A DNA stretch of 56,118 nt, from positions 1 to 56,118 of IMG/VR virus record IMGVR_UViG_3300031949_000046. One strand, 5' to 3'. The notes under the pieces are model-generated. The model saw only the letters and a program-made list of their open reading frames with translations. It made no database searches and was not told the origin of the DNA. Of this stretch, positions 44,342 to 54,487 are shown in pieces (positions within the stretch are counted from its first letter, which is position 1; each line of letters begins with the position of its first letter). A program made the position numbers and the translations under genes. The stretch comes from a virus. Its lineage: Duplodnaviria > Caudoviricetes.

Positions 44342-45915
44342 TGCCAGCCATCGACACAGACGTATTTGAGGAGTTGGGTGAAATGCTGCGCCCACCGGCC
44401 AGGCCGAAAGCCGTGAAGAATAAAGCATGGCGACCGAAGCTAAACCCAATCCAGAACAAAGTATTTGAGTGCGAAGTAAGGAATGTTTTGGTTCACGCCG
44501 AAAAAGCCAGCGGAAAAACGATTGCCTGCTGCCACCGTGTCGTGCGCCACTGCTACGAAAATAGAAATGCGCTCGCGTTTGTTCTCACTACCGTCAAGTC
44601 GATGTCCGAAGATGGCGGCGCGTGGCATAAGCTCGTAACGGAGATATTGCCAGAATGGGAAAAGGGGCTTGGCCTCCATTGGAAGCGAGCCAACGACAAG
44701 CAGCACAACGAAGTGATTTGGGTGCAGAATCAGCACAATGAATGGTCGCAGATTAAGGGTATATCCGCACCGCATCCCGATCAACTTCGTGATCGGTTTC
44801 CGGGTCGCGAGCCAAGTATGGTTTTTGTGGACGAGATCACGCTTTGCGCGACAGATGAATATTTTAAAGCGGCGTCCGCACAACTTGGACGCCGGCCATT
44901 CGTTGAAGGCGTGCAGCAGTTTATGGCGGCGTGCAATCCTGCTGGTCCGTCTCATTGGGTACATAATCTTTTCTTTGTCGCTCCGTTCGATGAGGAGAAA
45001 GGCGAGTGGGATGATAACTATACCACGATTTATGTTCCGCTCTCGGACAACGAGCACAACCTTCCGCCTGGGTACATAGATAATCTTAAATCCACCTACA
45101 AACACGACCCAATCGAGTCCGCCCGGTTGATTGGTGGTGAATGGATTGATCGGCCATCGGGCGAGAGCTTGTTTCGCGAGATATACAACCAGAACCTGCA
45201 TGTGCGTCCGCTCGACACAGACGGAAATCCCGACCGCCGAAGCTGGCTTCAGCCGACCAAAGGACATTCGATGATTATCGGCCTTGATCCTGGCAGCATG
45301 AACAACGCCTTTATCTTCATGCAGTGGGTGCCGATAGATGGGCATATGAAGTGGGTGGTGTTTGACGAGTTGGTGACGCTGCGAAAGCGCATCGCCTACG
45401 AAGACTTCATCCCCATGGTCGCCCGCCGCGTTAAGTTCTGGCGCGACACGATAGGCGCTTCAGCCAAGGAGTTGCCGCAAATCTGGATTTCAGACAACAG
45501 TGCGTTCAACCAATACCGGGCGGCGAGCGGCAGTTACGACGTGCTGGAGATCGAGCGAATCTATGACGCTTGCCGGGAGAAGTACGGACTGGAACCGCTG
45601 GGCAAGATCAAGCCCGCGCCCAAGTTCAACGATTCCGTCATGATCCGTGTGCAAATGCTGCAACGGCTGCTCGCCAGCGATGAGTTTGTGGTCAGTTCCC
45701 GCTGCTCAAGGGTGCAGGGGATGCTGCTTCAGTTGGAGGCGCAGAAGCAAAAACCGGGAACCTCATTTGATCCTAAGTTGGCCCTCAGCCCAAAGCGCAG
45801 TGACCACCTCCATACTTTCGACGCCACAACCTACCCGATGATAACCGCCAGTATCAGCCCAACCGCGCTTCAGGCCGGACGCAGCATGGGGCAGTCCTTG
45901 GTCAGCATGTCGTGA
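44341..45915 (+). CDS. terL: terminase large subunit
   Basis: LNPIQ, Walker A AEKASGKT, VFVDEI, ACNP, HWV, nuclease IGLDPG and DHLHTFDA. Confidence 0.92.
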   Translation: MPAIDTDVFEELGEMLRPPARPKAVKNKAWRPKLNPIQNKVFECEVRNVLVHAEKASGKTIACCHRVVRHCYENRNALAFVLTTVKSMSEDGGAWHKLVTEILPEWEKGLGLHWKRANDKQHNEVIWVQNQHNEWSQIKGISAPHPDQLRDRFPGREPSMVFVDEITLCATDEYFKAASAQLGRRPFVEGVQQFMAACNPAGPSHWVHNLFFVAPFDEEKGEWDDNYTTIYVPLSDNEHNLPPGYIDNLKSTYKHDPIESARLIGGEWIDRPSGESLFREIYNQNLHVRPLDTDGNPDRRSWLQPTKGHSMIIGLDPGSMNNAFIFMQWVPIDGHMKWVVFDELVTLRKRIAYEDFIPMVARRVKFWRDTIGASAKELPQIWISDNSAFNQYRAASGSYDVLEIERIYDACREKYGLEPLGKIKPAPKFNDSVMIRVQMLQRLLASDEFVVSSRCSRVQGMLLQLEAQKQKPGTSFDPKLALSPKRSDHLHTFDATTYPMITASISPTALQAGRSMGQSLVSMS

Positions 45916-45961
45916 ACGAGAGAAGCCTATGTGAGTCACGCCAAATATATAAAACACTTCT

Positions 45962-46246
45962 ATGAAATACATATCTACAAAAAGGGATCGGTGGCCTCGT
46001 TGGCTGTGGCGACTCGTTCGACTGCTTCCCTTGGTTGGAAGGCCAATTGCTGAACGACATGACAGATACTTGCTAGGCGACTTCGCTAACTTTAAAAATT
46101 GCGAGTCGTGCCAGCACTTCAAAAGACGAGAAAACGTCACTAAGGATTGGTGTGATAAGAGTTTTCTTTGGTGCACCACAACTCGCGGCAATCCTTTCAG
46201 GTGCGGCTTTCGAGGCGCATGGCACAAGTCTTCGCCCAAACTATAG
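45962..46246 (+). CDS. small Cys-containing protein
   Basis: CESCQHF...C...CGFRG. Confidence 0.6.
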   Translation: MKYISTKRDRWPRWLWRLVRLLPLVGRPIAERHDRYLLGDFANFKNCESCQHFKRRENVTKDWCDKSFLWCTTTRGNPFRCGFRGAWHKSSPKL

Positions 46247-46314
46247 ACATAATGCACTTGCATAAACACCCACTTATTGCCACACAACACTCGGCCCCGC
46301 AACCACCCTAATAC

Positions 46315-46605
46315 ATGAGCACTGTAGTAATTATCCCACTTGAGAACAACAAAGACGTTGCGGCGCTGGTCGCCGACAAACAACCCGGAGACAAGCTGTA
46401 CGCTTGCGGAACAATCAAAGCGAACGATGACCAGACGCTGACGTTTCGCATCGAGGAAGTGACCGACAACAAAGCCGAGCTTCCTGACAAGGAGGACTAC
46501 GTCAAAAAAGAAGAGGGCGAAGAAGAGGAGTCTAACGGCTCAACCGAAGGCGAGGCTGACGAGGCCGCTGAACTGGCATCACCCGGAGGCATGGATGAAG
46601 TGTGA
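46315..46605 (+). CDS. small acidic protein
   Basis: 96 aa with acidic tail; preceded by CCCGCAAC. Confidence 0.7.
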   Translation: MSTVVIIPLENNKDVAALVADKQPGDKLYACGTIKANDDQTLTFRIEEVTDNKAELPDKEDYVKKEEGEEEESNGSTEGEADEAAELASPGGMDEV

Positions 46606-46955
46606 TAACGCTAACGAAAGGGTTCGTTCCGACTCTGGTAAACGAAGGAAGCGACGGGCAAACGCCGTCGTCTCTCGCAATCGACGTTCACTATCTAAAC
46701 TTGATGCTGGTCGAGCGGTGGAACTGGGAGCGGTACATCCGGCTGTGCGTGTTTCTAAAAATGACGGAGTACGAGCTGGCGTCGCTCGTGCGCCTGCCGC
46801 ACAAGTACATCCCAAAGTACGAGGAACGATATATCTTACCCTTGGCTCGTGGACATGCCGAATCAGTGGCGCTACTTTTAACGATCATCGAAACGCACTT
46901 CATGCTGGGCAAAGCAGACGACGTGATAGCCAGCATATTTCCAAGGGTGGATTGA
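46602..46955 (+). CDS. hypothetical protein, possible HTH
   Basis: GTGA overlap; MTEYELASLVRLP. Confidence 0.65.
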   Translation: MITLTKGFVPTLVNEGSDGQTPSSLAIDVHYLNLMLVERWNWERYIRLCVFLKMTEYELASLVRLPHKYIPKYEERYILPLARGHAESVALLLTIIETHFMLGKADDVIASIFPRVD

Positions 46956-46961
46956 AATAAC

Positions 46962-49331
46962 ATGAACGACCCCAAGGTACTCGCTAAATTCAAATGCACT
47001 CCAGAAAGCTTGCGTGAAATCTTCACGACAAAGGGACCGGGAGAGCCGTTGAAGGATGACGCGACCGAGGAGCAGAAGGCGTGCGAGTGCCGGCGCGAAA
47101 AGAATTACAAAATCCGTCGCAAGTTTGAGGAAGAGATTCGCAGCAACATGCTGGAGGGCGTGGCCAATAATGCGCGCAATTCCCGTCCGTGTCAGGCAGT
47201 TGATATGGCATGGGATTCAGCGCCCATCTCACGCGAGACGGTGCCGCTCATGCTTTGGGCGATGGGCAAGATTGACGTGCCTCGTCTATGGGATGTGCTG
47301 CGGGATGAGCTTGGCGAAACAACCGCCGCCACGTTTCTCAAGAAAGACCCAACGTCAGGCGCTATGCTTGCGCCAAATCAAGCGCGCATTTGCGATGTTA
47401 AAATTGACTTGGTGCGTTCCTACATGACCCGCCGTTTGGCCGCGATGGACGCGCTATGGGCAAACCAATGGCCGCTGTTCAAGTATGACCCACGCGGAAC
47501 AGAGGCGGTCGCGATGTTGCGCGCCGATGCGTTGACTCAGCGCGTGGACATCATGTCAGACGCCTATAATTACCGCCATTTCGGGACGCAGTGCCGGCGA
47601 GACATGTTGATGTACGGGCAGTCGATTGCTTTCCCGCGCAGCTCATGGGATCGGCAGATTTCATGGCGCTTCAAGCCGACGAATACGGGCGAGCCGAGTG
47701 ATGAGGTGGAGAGCTATATCACCCGCGAGGGCGTTGACTTCGTGAATCCGCATCCGAACCGCGTGGCCTACGACATGAGCGCGCCACTCGCGAACATAAA
47801 CACCGACAACGGGCCAAACTGGATATTCTACTGGGACATCACGCGCTACAGCAATTTTCACGATCATCCCGACAAGTTCTTTAATCTGGATGAAATCTGG
47901 TTCTCCGAAGGATGGACACAGATCACGGCCATGTACCCGGAGTTTTTCGGCTACTACTTCGATCCATGTGTTCTCTCGTGGCCGGACGTAAACGGGACAA
48001 ACCCGACATTGGTAAATGACCGTGTAACGCAGATCGGTGTCTATGCGACCAAGTGGAGGGACAAAGGCGTGTTGGCCGTAAACTATTTCAAGAAGGTGAA
48101 CCCGAAGGTCTGCGGCCTTGGCGATTACGATGCGGATGTTTGGCTCAAGTTTGCGGTGGCTGGTGATGGAACGATTATTGCAGCTGAATATCTGCCATCA
48201 CTCCCTGCCGCCTATGGCGCTATCAACTGGAATGACAGCAAGGTTGCCAACCAATCCATGGGCATGGCACTACTCGGCTACCAGGATCAGGCGTCGAATA
48301 TCCTCAGCCACATGCTCCAGCAGATTCGGACCAGCCTTGTTCAGCTTTGGCTGCTAGATACTGACTCGCTTGATCCTGAAGTGGTGAAGGAACTGGATAA
48401 GAACGCCGCCAATGCAAGCTGGTGGGTGGATGCGAAGGTCCTGAAGTACTCAGCGAAGAAGCTGAGTGAGCTTGGTATCCAAGACCCAAAGCAGGCGTTT
48501 ACTGTCATTCAGGCGAATGTGCAGAATGTGGTGCAGTCTGGATTAGCGGCTCTTGGCCAACTTCTAAATCTCGCCGACCGACTGCTGATTCTTTCTCCTA
48601 ATGAACTCGGCCAGCCTAACCCGCGTGAAGTGGCGGCGCGTGAAGTGCAGGAGATTGCAAACTCGGTAAACGCTGTCACCGCTTTCAACAACGAGGGGCC
48701 GCGTGAACAGGTAGCTGCGATGAAGGAGCTGATTTATGAGTCGCTGATTTGTTGCGCGGCGGAAGTTGTGACCGTGCCAATCGAAGGGCGGTACACGCTG
48801 GCGACAATTAAGAAGGCTGGATTTACGGTGCCGGACATGGAGAGCAAGGAGCAGGATAACCAGTTGATCGCGGTCAAGACGCGCATCATGGGCAGTCTGC
48901 GCAACCTTCGATACGATTACTATTTCAATAGCCGCGACGGCGCGGAGCGTCCGCAGAATACGCAGGGCGCGCAGGTCGTTCAGCAGTTGCTTGCGTCCCT
49001 CCTCCAGATTCCTGCCGTGGCTCAATCCATGGGCAAGAAGGACATTTACGATATGGTCAATACGGTCATCCGCATGTCGGGAGCACCGCTCAACTTCCAG
49101 CTTCAGATGGCGGAAGGCGAGGACGATGCTATTGCGCCAGAAGGTGGAGAAGTCCCCCCGCAGGGCGCACCGCAGCAAGGCAGCTCCGAAGGCACCGATG
49201 CCCGCATAGCCCGACTGGAGCAGATCATCATGGAGATGGCCAAGTCGCAGGGAGCAATGCCCGCACAAGGCGCGCAACCGCCCGGCCCTCCGTCGCCCGC
49301 TCAAGTCCTCGCGCCTCCGATGGCTGCGTAA
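46962..49331 (+). CDS. portal protein
   Basis: 789 aa between terminase and scaffold/capsid; DMLMYG, ELGQP..REVAAREV, Q/P-rich tail. Confidence 0.8.
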   Translation: MNDPKVLAKFKCTPESLREIFTTKGPGEPLKDDATEEQKACECRREKNYKIRRKFEEEIRSNMLEGVANNARNSRPCQAVDMAWDSAPISRETVPLMLWAMGKIDVPRLWDVLRDELGETTAATFLKKDPTSGAMLAPNQARICDVKIDLVRSYMTRRLAAMDALWANQWPLFKYDPRGTEAVAMLRADALTQRVDIMSDAYNYRHFGTQCRRDMLMYGQSIAFPRSSWDRQISWRFKPTNTGEPSDEVESYITREGVDFVNPHPNRVAYDMSAPLANINTDNGPNWIFYWDITRYSNFHDHPDKFFNLDEIWFSEGWTQITAMYPEFFGYYFDPCVLSWPDVNGTNPTLVNDRVTQIGVYATKWRDKGVLAVNYFKKVNPKVCGLGDYDADVWLKFAVAGDGTIIAAEYLPSLPAAYGAINWNDSKVANQSMGMALLGYQDQASNILSHMLQQIRTSLVQLWLLDTDSLDPEVVKELDKNAANASWWVDAKVLKYSAKKLSELGIQDPKQAFTVIQANVQNVVQSGLAALGQLLNLADRLLILSPNELGQPNPREVAAREVQEIANSVNAVTAFNNEGPREQVAAMKELIYESLICCAAEVVTVPIEGRYTLATIKKAGFTVPDMESKEQDNQLIAVKTRIMGSLRNLRYDYYFNSRDGAERPQNTQGAQVVQQLLASLLQIPAVAQSMGKKDIYDMVNTVIRMSGAPLNFQLQMAEGEDDAIAPEGGEVPPQGAPQQGSSEGTDARIARLEQIIMEMAKSQGAMPAQGAQPPGPPSPAQVLAPPMAA

Positions 49332-49337
49332 TATTTT

Positions 49338-49478
49338 ATGAGAAAAATATACAGCAACATCGCTGCGTTTTTCAGCTACATGACAGTGGTTGGAAATGCA
49401 CTGCACTCCCCCCGCATGGTCCTATTCTTTTCTCGCGCTTCTTTCGCTATGCTTGAGAGGTCGTGGAGGATGAAATAA
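49338..49478 (+). CDS. small hydrophobic ORF (46 aa), absent from track
   Basis: MRKIYSNIAAFFSYMTVVGNALHSPRMVLFFSRASFAMLERSWRMK fills the gap almost exactly. Confidence 0.4.
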   Translation: MRKIYSNIAAFFSYMTVVGNALHSPRMVLFFSRASFAMLERSWRMK

Positions 49479-49482
49479 CGTC

Positions 49483-49989
49483 ATGAGTACAATAGGATAT
49501 ACAGAGGATATTGATTTCGCCCGTAATAGGAAGGGGTTGATGTATGATACACTAGCGGACAATAATTGCGTAATAGACTTTGGCTCTAAACCACTTTCGA
49601 TTGAAATACTGAAGGAGTTTGTTTATAGCACATATCGAAACCGGGAGGCATCTGGCGTAGATTGCAATGTCATGGATTTAATGGTGTCAGACCGGAACAG
49701 CGACTTGCTCGCGATTGAATTCATAGCAGATATGCAGTCCAAATACGGGAAAGAATGCGCGAATCCTTATTTGAGCGACAAATCTGGCAATCCACTAAAA
49801 TATCTATCTGTCGATATTCCCGAATGCGGATGCGTGATCGCCATAATCCCGTCAGAGCAACTCGGATTTAAGATGAAGGACGACCAGTTGTGGGCGATTG
49901 ATTTGTCTGATATTACCGGGCATCCCCCTAAACCAATGAATCCGAATCGTCACTTAATCATAGAAAACTTTAAGGGATTTACGAAATAA
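49483..49989 (+). CDS. truncated paralog of the major capsid protein C-terminal region
   Basis: collinear motif matches to 52751..54463 (see findings). Confidence 0.75.
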   Translation: MSTIGYTEDIDFARNRKGLMYDTLADNNCVIDFGSKPLSIEILKEFVYSTYRNREASGVDCNVMDLMVSDRNSDLLAIEFIADMQSKYGKECANPYLSDKSGNPLKYLSVDIPECGCVIAIIPSEQLGFKMKDDQLWAIDLSDITGHPPKPMNPNRHLIIENFKGFTK

Positions 49990-49992
49990 TTT

Positions 49993-51378
49993 ATGCCAAC
50001 CGAAACCGCCCCCCAACCCGTCGCGGCCCCTGCCGCTGTTACGCCACCGCCTTCTCAAGCAGCGCCCAAAGTTGAGACGCCACTTAACACGGTTACGCAA
50101 AAGCCGATCAGCGAAGCTGCGCACAACCTGTTCAAGATGCTTCAGGACAGCGGTGATCCGCTGAAGGAAGCTGATGAGCCAGCGCCGAAGAAGGAAGACA
50201 AGCCAGCGGCTGTTGCGCCAGTTGAGGCCAAGCCCGCGACCGAGGATAAGCCAGTCGTCAAGGTGAGCAAGAAAACGCCGAAGCGGCCTGAGCTTCCAAC
50301 TCAAAAGGAAGAGGGCGCTGCGCCTGCGCCGGTCGCAACACCAGCTCCGACAGACAATAAGTGGAAGGATTCCCTGCTTGATGAGGAGAAGATCGCGCTG
50401 GAGGATGCGGAATTTGCCGAGAGGGTGAACCCAAAGCACAAGGGGCTCACTGAAAAGATGGGGAAATTCCTGCGCGACCAGAAGGACTATCTGGAGAAGC
50501 ATCCCGAGGCGGATAACGACGATCCTGAGTACAAGAAGATTCTCGCCCGTGCTCCGTCTCTCACCGCTGCTGACAAGCGAGAGATTGCAGAGGCACGGAT
50601 TGAGGACCGCGTGGCGAAGCGGTACGACTCAAAGTACGAATCAATCGAGCATGAGCTTTTTGTGCGTGACGAGGAACCAAAGGTGGAGGGCGAAGCGCAA
50701 CAGATTAGGAAATATCTAGCGTTCAATGCACTGCCGAAAGAAATGCTTGATGTACTAAAAGAGAAGGGCCTGCCTGAACTCCAAAAGCAGTATGCGGATG
50801 AATTGGAGGTTTCGGGTGGCATCATCAATGACGTGGTGGCTGATGCCAAGGAACTGCTGCGGATTACGCGGATTGACCCAAGGACACGCCGGCCCCTTGC
50901 GCAGGCTGCCGGAGATGAAACCCATCCAAAGTGGAAGCAACATAATCGTATTGCGGTCATGGTTAATGCTGCCTGTGATGACTTCCAGAAAAATGCTCCG
51001 CAATCCGAGCAAGTAAGAAACGGGAAGTGGTTTGTGACCCGCGAAGAATGGGCGAATATTTCGCCTGCCCAGCGCGGGCAATTCTGGACGTTCACCAATA
51101 GCCAAGATGATATGCGAGAAGTGATCCAGCGCGTACTGAGCTGGCAACCGGGATTGATCGCAGCTGAACTCAAGAAGCGTGAGGAATCCCAAAGACAGCG
51201 CGGGTGGGTTCGCCAGCGCACGCCATCGCCAGTCGTGCCTGCTGCGACTCCGCCGCAACCCGTGGCTAGTGCCGCAACACCGCGCCCTTCTCCTTCTCCG
51301 GCCCCAAGCAGCACGCTCTCAGGTCAGTTAAGTCCGGGGCAAATGCTGGCGCGTCGTCTGTCAGGCACAGGAGAATAA
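49993..51378 (+). CDS. capsid scaffolding protein (putative)
   Basis: P/A/E/K-rich disordered N-terminus, helical core, position between portal and capsid. Confidence 0.65.
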   Translation: MPTETAPQPVAAPAAVTPPPSQAAPKVETPLNTVTQKPISEAAHNLFKMLQDSGDPLKEADEPAPKKEDKPAAVAPVEAKPATEDKPVVKVSKKTPKRPELPTQKEEGAAPAPVATPAPTDNKWKDSLLDEEKIALEDAEFAERVNPKHKGLTEKMGKFLRDQKDYLEKHPEADNDDPEYKKILARAPSLTAADKREIAEARIEDRVAKRYDSKYESIEHELFVRDEEPKVEGEAQQIRKYLAFNALPKEMLDVLKEKGLPELQKQYADELEVSGGIINDVVADAKELLRITRIDPRTRRPLAQAAGDETHPKWKQHNRIAVMVNAACDDFQKNAPQSEQVRNGKWFVTREEWANISPAQRGQFWTFTNSQDDMREVIQRVLSWQPGLIAAELKKREESQRQRGWVRQRTPSPVVPAATPPQPVASAATPRPSPSPAPSSTLSGQLSPGQMLARRLSGTGE

Positions 51379-51381
51379 TCC

Positions 51382-52587
51382 GTGGCCAAAAAAAGCATTT
51401 TTGCACAGCTCAAGGCTAGTGCGGTGCCGACGCATAAGCTGCTTGAGAGTCCGCGCTACCAAAACCCCGGCCTGTTTAAGTACGCTGGGAAATACTGGCT
51501 GGCGTATCGTTATCACCGGATGGACACACCGACGAAAAGGAGCGGCATCGGCATCTGCGAAATCGACGTGGAGACAGGCGAACCAAAGTCGGCATCGCAG
51601 CGCATTCCGCTATCTAACCCAACCGACTCCGAGCATCACGAAGACTGTCGGCTGTTTGTCTTCAACGGCGATCCATTTATTTCGTACACGACCATGCAGG
51701 GCTATGTGCCGGGCGTCAATTACACCTGCGTAATGCAGTACGCCAAATTGAAGCTGACCAAAAAAAAATGGTCAGTCGTGCAGGAATGGCAACCGCGCCA
51801 CGGCAACAACACCGGCTTCGCGAAAGAAAAGAACTGGATTTTTTTCGAGCACAACAAGGCGCTCTACTGCATTTACGCGACCGATCCTGAGCACGTCGTT
51901 CTGCGCATCGAGGGCGATGAAGTGGTGGAGACGATAAAAACGCCAGGGCCATTGTGGCAATGGGGGCATGTGCGCGGAGGCACGCCGCCTGTCGATCTTG
52001 GTGATGGCCGGATGTTGTGCCTGTTCCATTCCTCAATCCCAACTGAGGAGCCTCCGCATTTCGTGCGCTACTATGCCGCCGCGTACACGTTTGAATCGAA
52101 GCCGCCGTTCAAAATTCTGCAAATATCCGAGCAGCCGGTGATGTCCGGCTCGGAAGAGGACGGCCACAAGGTTGATCCGCGCTACGTTCAGGGATGGAAG
52201 CCGTATGTTGTGTTCCCGTGCGGACTGGTGAAGGACGGCGACAGGTTCATCACTTCGTTCGGCGTGAACGATTGGCAGTGTGCAGTGGGTAGCCTGACGA
52301 TGGATCAGTTGGTGCTTGGGTCGCCAGACGGGTCATCGTTCAAGCCGCGCTTCTTCAAGACAGCCAACGGAACAATGCCCATCCGCTACATCGACGCCCA
52401 CCAAAAGCCGATCTTCATGCATTGGGAAGTTGTCAAAAGGCCGGGTATATGCGTTGCTGGCGAAGGTTATATGCACGTCTCGAATGCGCGAGAAGCAGTG
52501 GAGGTAAGCGAACTTCAGGGCGTCGAAGAGATACCCAAGGACGGCTTTGATCTGGTGATGCGCAAGCTGAAGGCTTTGCGACGATAA
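51382..52587 (+). CDS. beta-propeller glycoside hydrolase/phosphorylase/transferase-like protein
   Basis: NPGL, HEDCRLF, EKNWIFF, VRGGTP, YVVFPCGL, SFGVND. Confidence 0.75.
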   Translation: MAKKSIFAQLKASAVPTHKLLESPRYQNPGLFKYAGKYWLAYRYHRMDTPTKRSGIGICEIDVETGEPKSASQRIPLSNPTDSEHHEDCRLFVFNGDPFISYTTMQGYVPGVNYTCVMQYAKLKLTKKKWSVVQEWQPRHGNNTGFAKEKNWIFFEHNKALYCIYATDPEHVVLRIEGDEVVETIKTPGPLWQWGHVRGGTPPVDLGDGRMLCLFHSSIPTEEPPHFVRYYAAAYTFESKPPFKILQISEQPVMSGSEEDGHKVDPRYVQGWKPYVVFPCGLVKDGDRFITSFGVNDWQCAVGSLTMDQLVLGSPDGSSFKPRFFKTANGTMPIRYIDAHQKPIFMHWEVVKRPGICVAGEGYMHVSNAREAVEVSELQGVEEIPKDGFDLVMRKLKALRR

Positions 52588-52750
52588 AACAGTAGCAATC
52601 GAAAGTTTGCGGCCTATTTATCGCGCCAATGACGTATTATGCTCAGTTTTAAGATAAAGCGCATAAACCTACGGTAATCGTACTTTTGGGTGAGTGGACT
52701 GGTATTTTGGAGGGAAGAAAGCCCCGACCAAAAACTAACCCACTCATAAA

Positions 52751-54463
52751 ATGGCAGATGTACTGAACCCGGCCTGCGTTGGCCGCACTATTAACGTCAG
52801 TTCGGCCTGCGGCTGCACACTGACCGCTGCGACCATCACCGGTTTCAGCTCCGCCGACATCGTTGCTCTCGGTAATTCCGAAACCAACCTCACCCGCACG
52901 ATCCTTGCCGCTGGCGAGGCGAAGATGCTGGGAGTTCCTGAGCGTAATTTGATGACGCTCCTGAACAGCAACATTCGTGAGATCGGCAAGAAAGCCCTCA
53001 CGGTTCACAACATCGACGGCCAGTCGATCATCCAGCCGTTCATCCTGCGCGGTCAGCGTTCGTTCATCAACGCCAACTATTGGACGATTCTTACCGGCAC
53101 GCCTTCGACCACTGCTGGCGTCGGCGAGGAACCGCTTTCTTCGTGGAAAGTCACGGTCGGTCTCGGCAATTCCACGATCCAGACCACTCTTGAAGCCATC
53201 GAACGCTTCTTCACGGTCGGTTCGACGATCATCGTCAAGACGTGGGACAACGTCGCGACCAAGACGGCGCTCACTCACGTCTTCACCGTATATGCCGCTG
53301 TCAATGCTGACGCTGGCGCGGTCAAGAAAGCCACGCTGACGATTTACCCTAACGTCAACGACACCAACTGGGCTCTCCTGAGCGCCAGTGAAAAGGCGAA
53401 TTACCAGCCAACCTTCGGCATGGTGCAGAACGGAACGAATTCAACTAACGACAAGGAATCGTACTGCCCACAACAGCCTTCCGATCTCAGCAAGCGCCTG
53501 CTTGCAAGCTGGCTCCAGACCTCCCGCGAATCGTACTGCCGCGAGCAGTCTTACGAGGAAGTTTTGGACGCCATTCTCGCCGGCAAGGTAAACGATTACC
53601 TCAAGGGCTTCAAGACGCTCTCCATCGCCGACCAGCAGAAGCAACAGAAGGCGCGCTACGAAATGGAGCGCATGAACTCCGCAATGTATGGTCAGGCTAT
53701 TGACGTGGATGAGCAGACCGAAGCCAACTGGCGCTCGCTGCCCATCGTCTATGACATTGTGGACACAGACTGCCCGCTCGCCTACAAGGCCAGCGCGCTC
53801 GGCATCTTCACGCTGCTCTCGGATTGCAACCGTGTCATCGACATGAACGGCAACCGGCTTGATCTGGATGACATCTTTGAACGCATCTACTGGCTCCGCC
53901 GCTGGCGCGAGGCTGGCGGTGATCGCGTTCCGATCATCGACTCGATGACCGACCGCTTCACTTCCGCCTCCATCTTTGAGGCGATGACCAAGTATTACAC
54001 GGCCCGCTACGGCTGGGACACGGTTCGCTACGCCAAGATCAATGAGAAGATCACTCACGACGGTATCATCATGTTTACCTACAACATCTATGATGTGCCG
54101 GATTCAATCACGCAATGGGCGGTATTCGTGGATGACTTCTTCAACGATCAGGTTGATGCCGCCAATACCCGCTGGGTTGGCTGGGAGGCTTCCACTCGCG
54201 TCAACGAAATCTGGTTCCTTGACTGGTCCGACATCTTCAAGGGTGTCGCCGGTCACAAACAGGTTTCCCGAAAGACGCCGAACAGCAACACAGACCTTGC
54301 CATCTGGCAGTGCGTGATTGATCCGAACGTCAAGAGCTACGATCTGCGGAGTGAGACATGGACCATGATGGTTGACCGTCCTGAACGGCACTTGATTATC
54401 CATAATTACGCCGCTGGTTGCCCTCGCGTCACCATTCCGGGCTGCACTGTTCCTCAGTCGTAA
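52751..54463 (+). CDS. major capsid protein
   Basis: 570 aa with strongly C-ending codons; LQTSR, NSAMYGQ, LGIF motifs in HK97-like order; head-module position. Confidence 0.8.
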   Translation: MADVLNPACVGRTINVSSACGCTLTAATITGFSSADIVALGNSETNLTRTILAAGEAKMLGVPERNLMTLLNSNIREIGKKALTVHNIDGQSIIQPFILRGQRSFINANYWTILTGTPSTTAGVGEEPLSSWKVTVGLGNSTIQTTLEAIERFFTVGSTIIVKTWDNVATKTALTHVFTVYAAVNADAGAVKKATLTIYPNVNDTNWALLSASEKANYQPTFGMVQNGTNSTNDKESYCPQQPSDLSKRLLASWLQTSRESYCREQSYEEVLDAILAGKVNDYLKGFKTLSIADQQKQQKARYEMERMNSAMYGQAIDVDEQTEANWRSLPIVYDIVDTDCPLAYKASALGIFTLLSDCNRVIDMNGNRLDLDDIFERIYWLRRWREAGGDRVPIIDSMTDRFTSASIFEAMTKYYTARYGWDTVRYAKINEKITHDGIIMFTYNIYDVPDSITQWAVFVDDFFNDQVDAANTRWVGWEASTRVNEIWFLDWSDIFKGVAGHKQVSRKTPNSNTDLAIWQCVIDPNVKSYDLRSETWTMMVDRPERHLIIHNYAAGCPRVTIPGCTVPQS

Positions 54464-54487
54464 TAGGGGGATTTAACTCCTGAACAA

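Noticed and set aside
46595-46960. Alternative-frame ORF
   Set aside because: Arg-rich shadow; 46602..46955 has the coupled start and a more protein-like sequence
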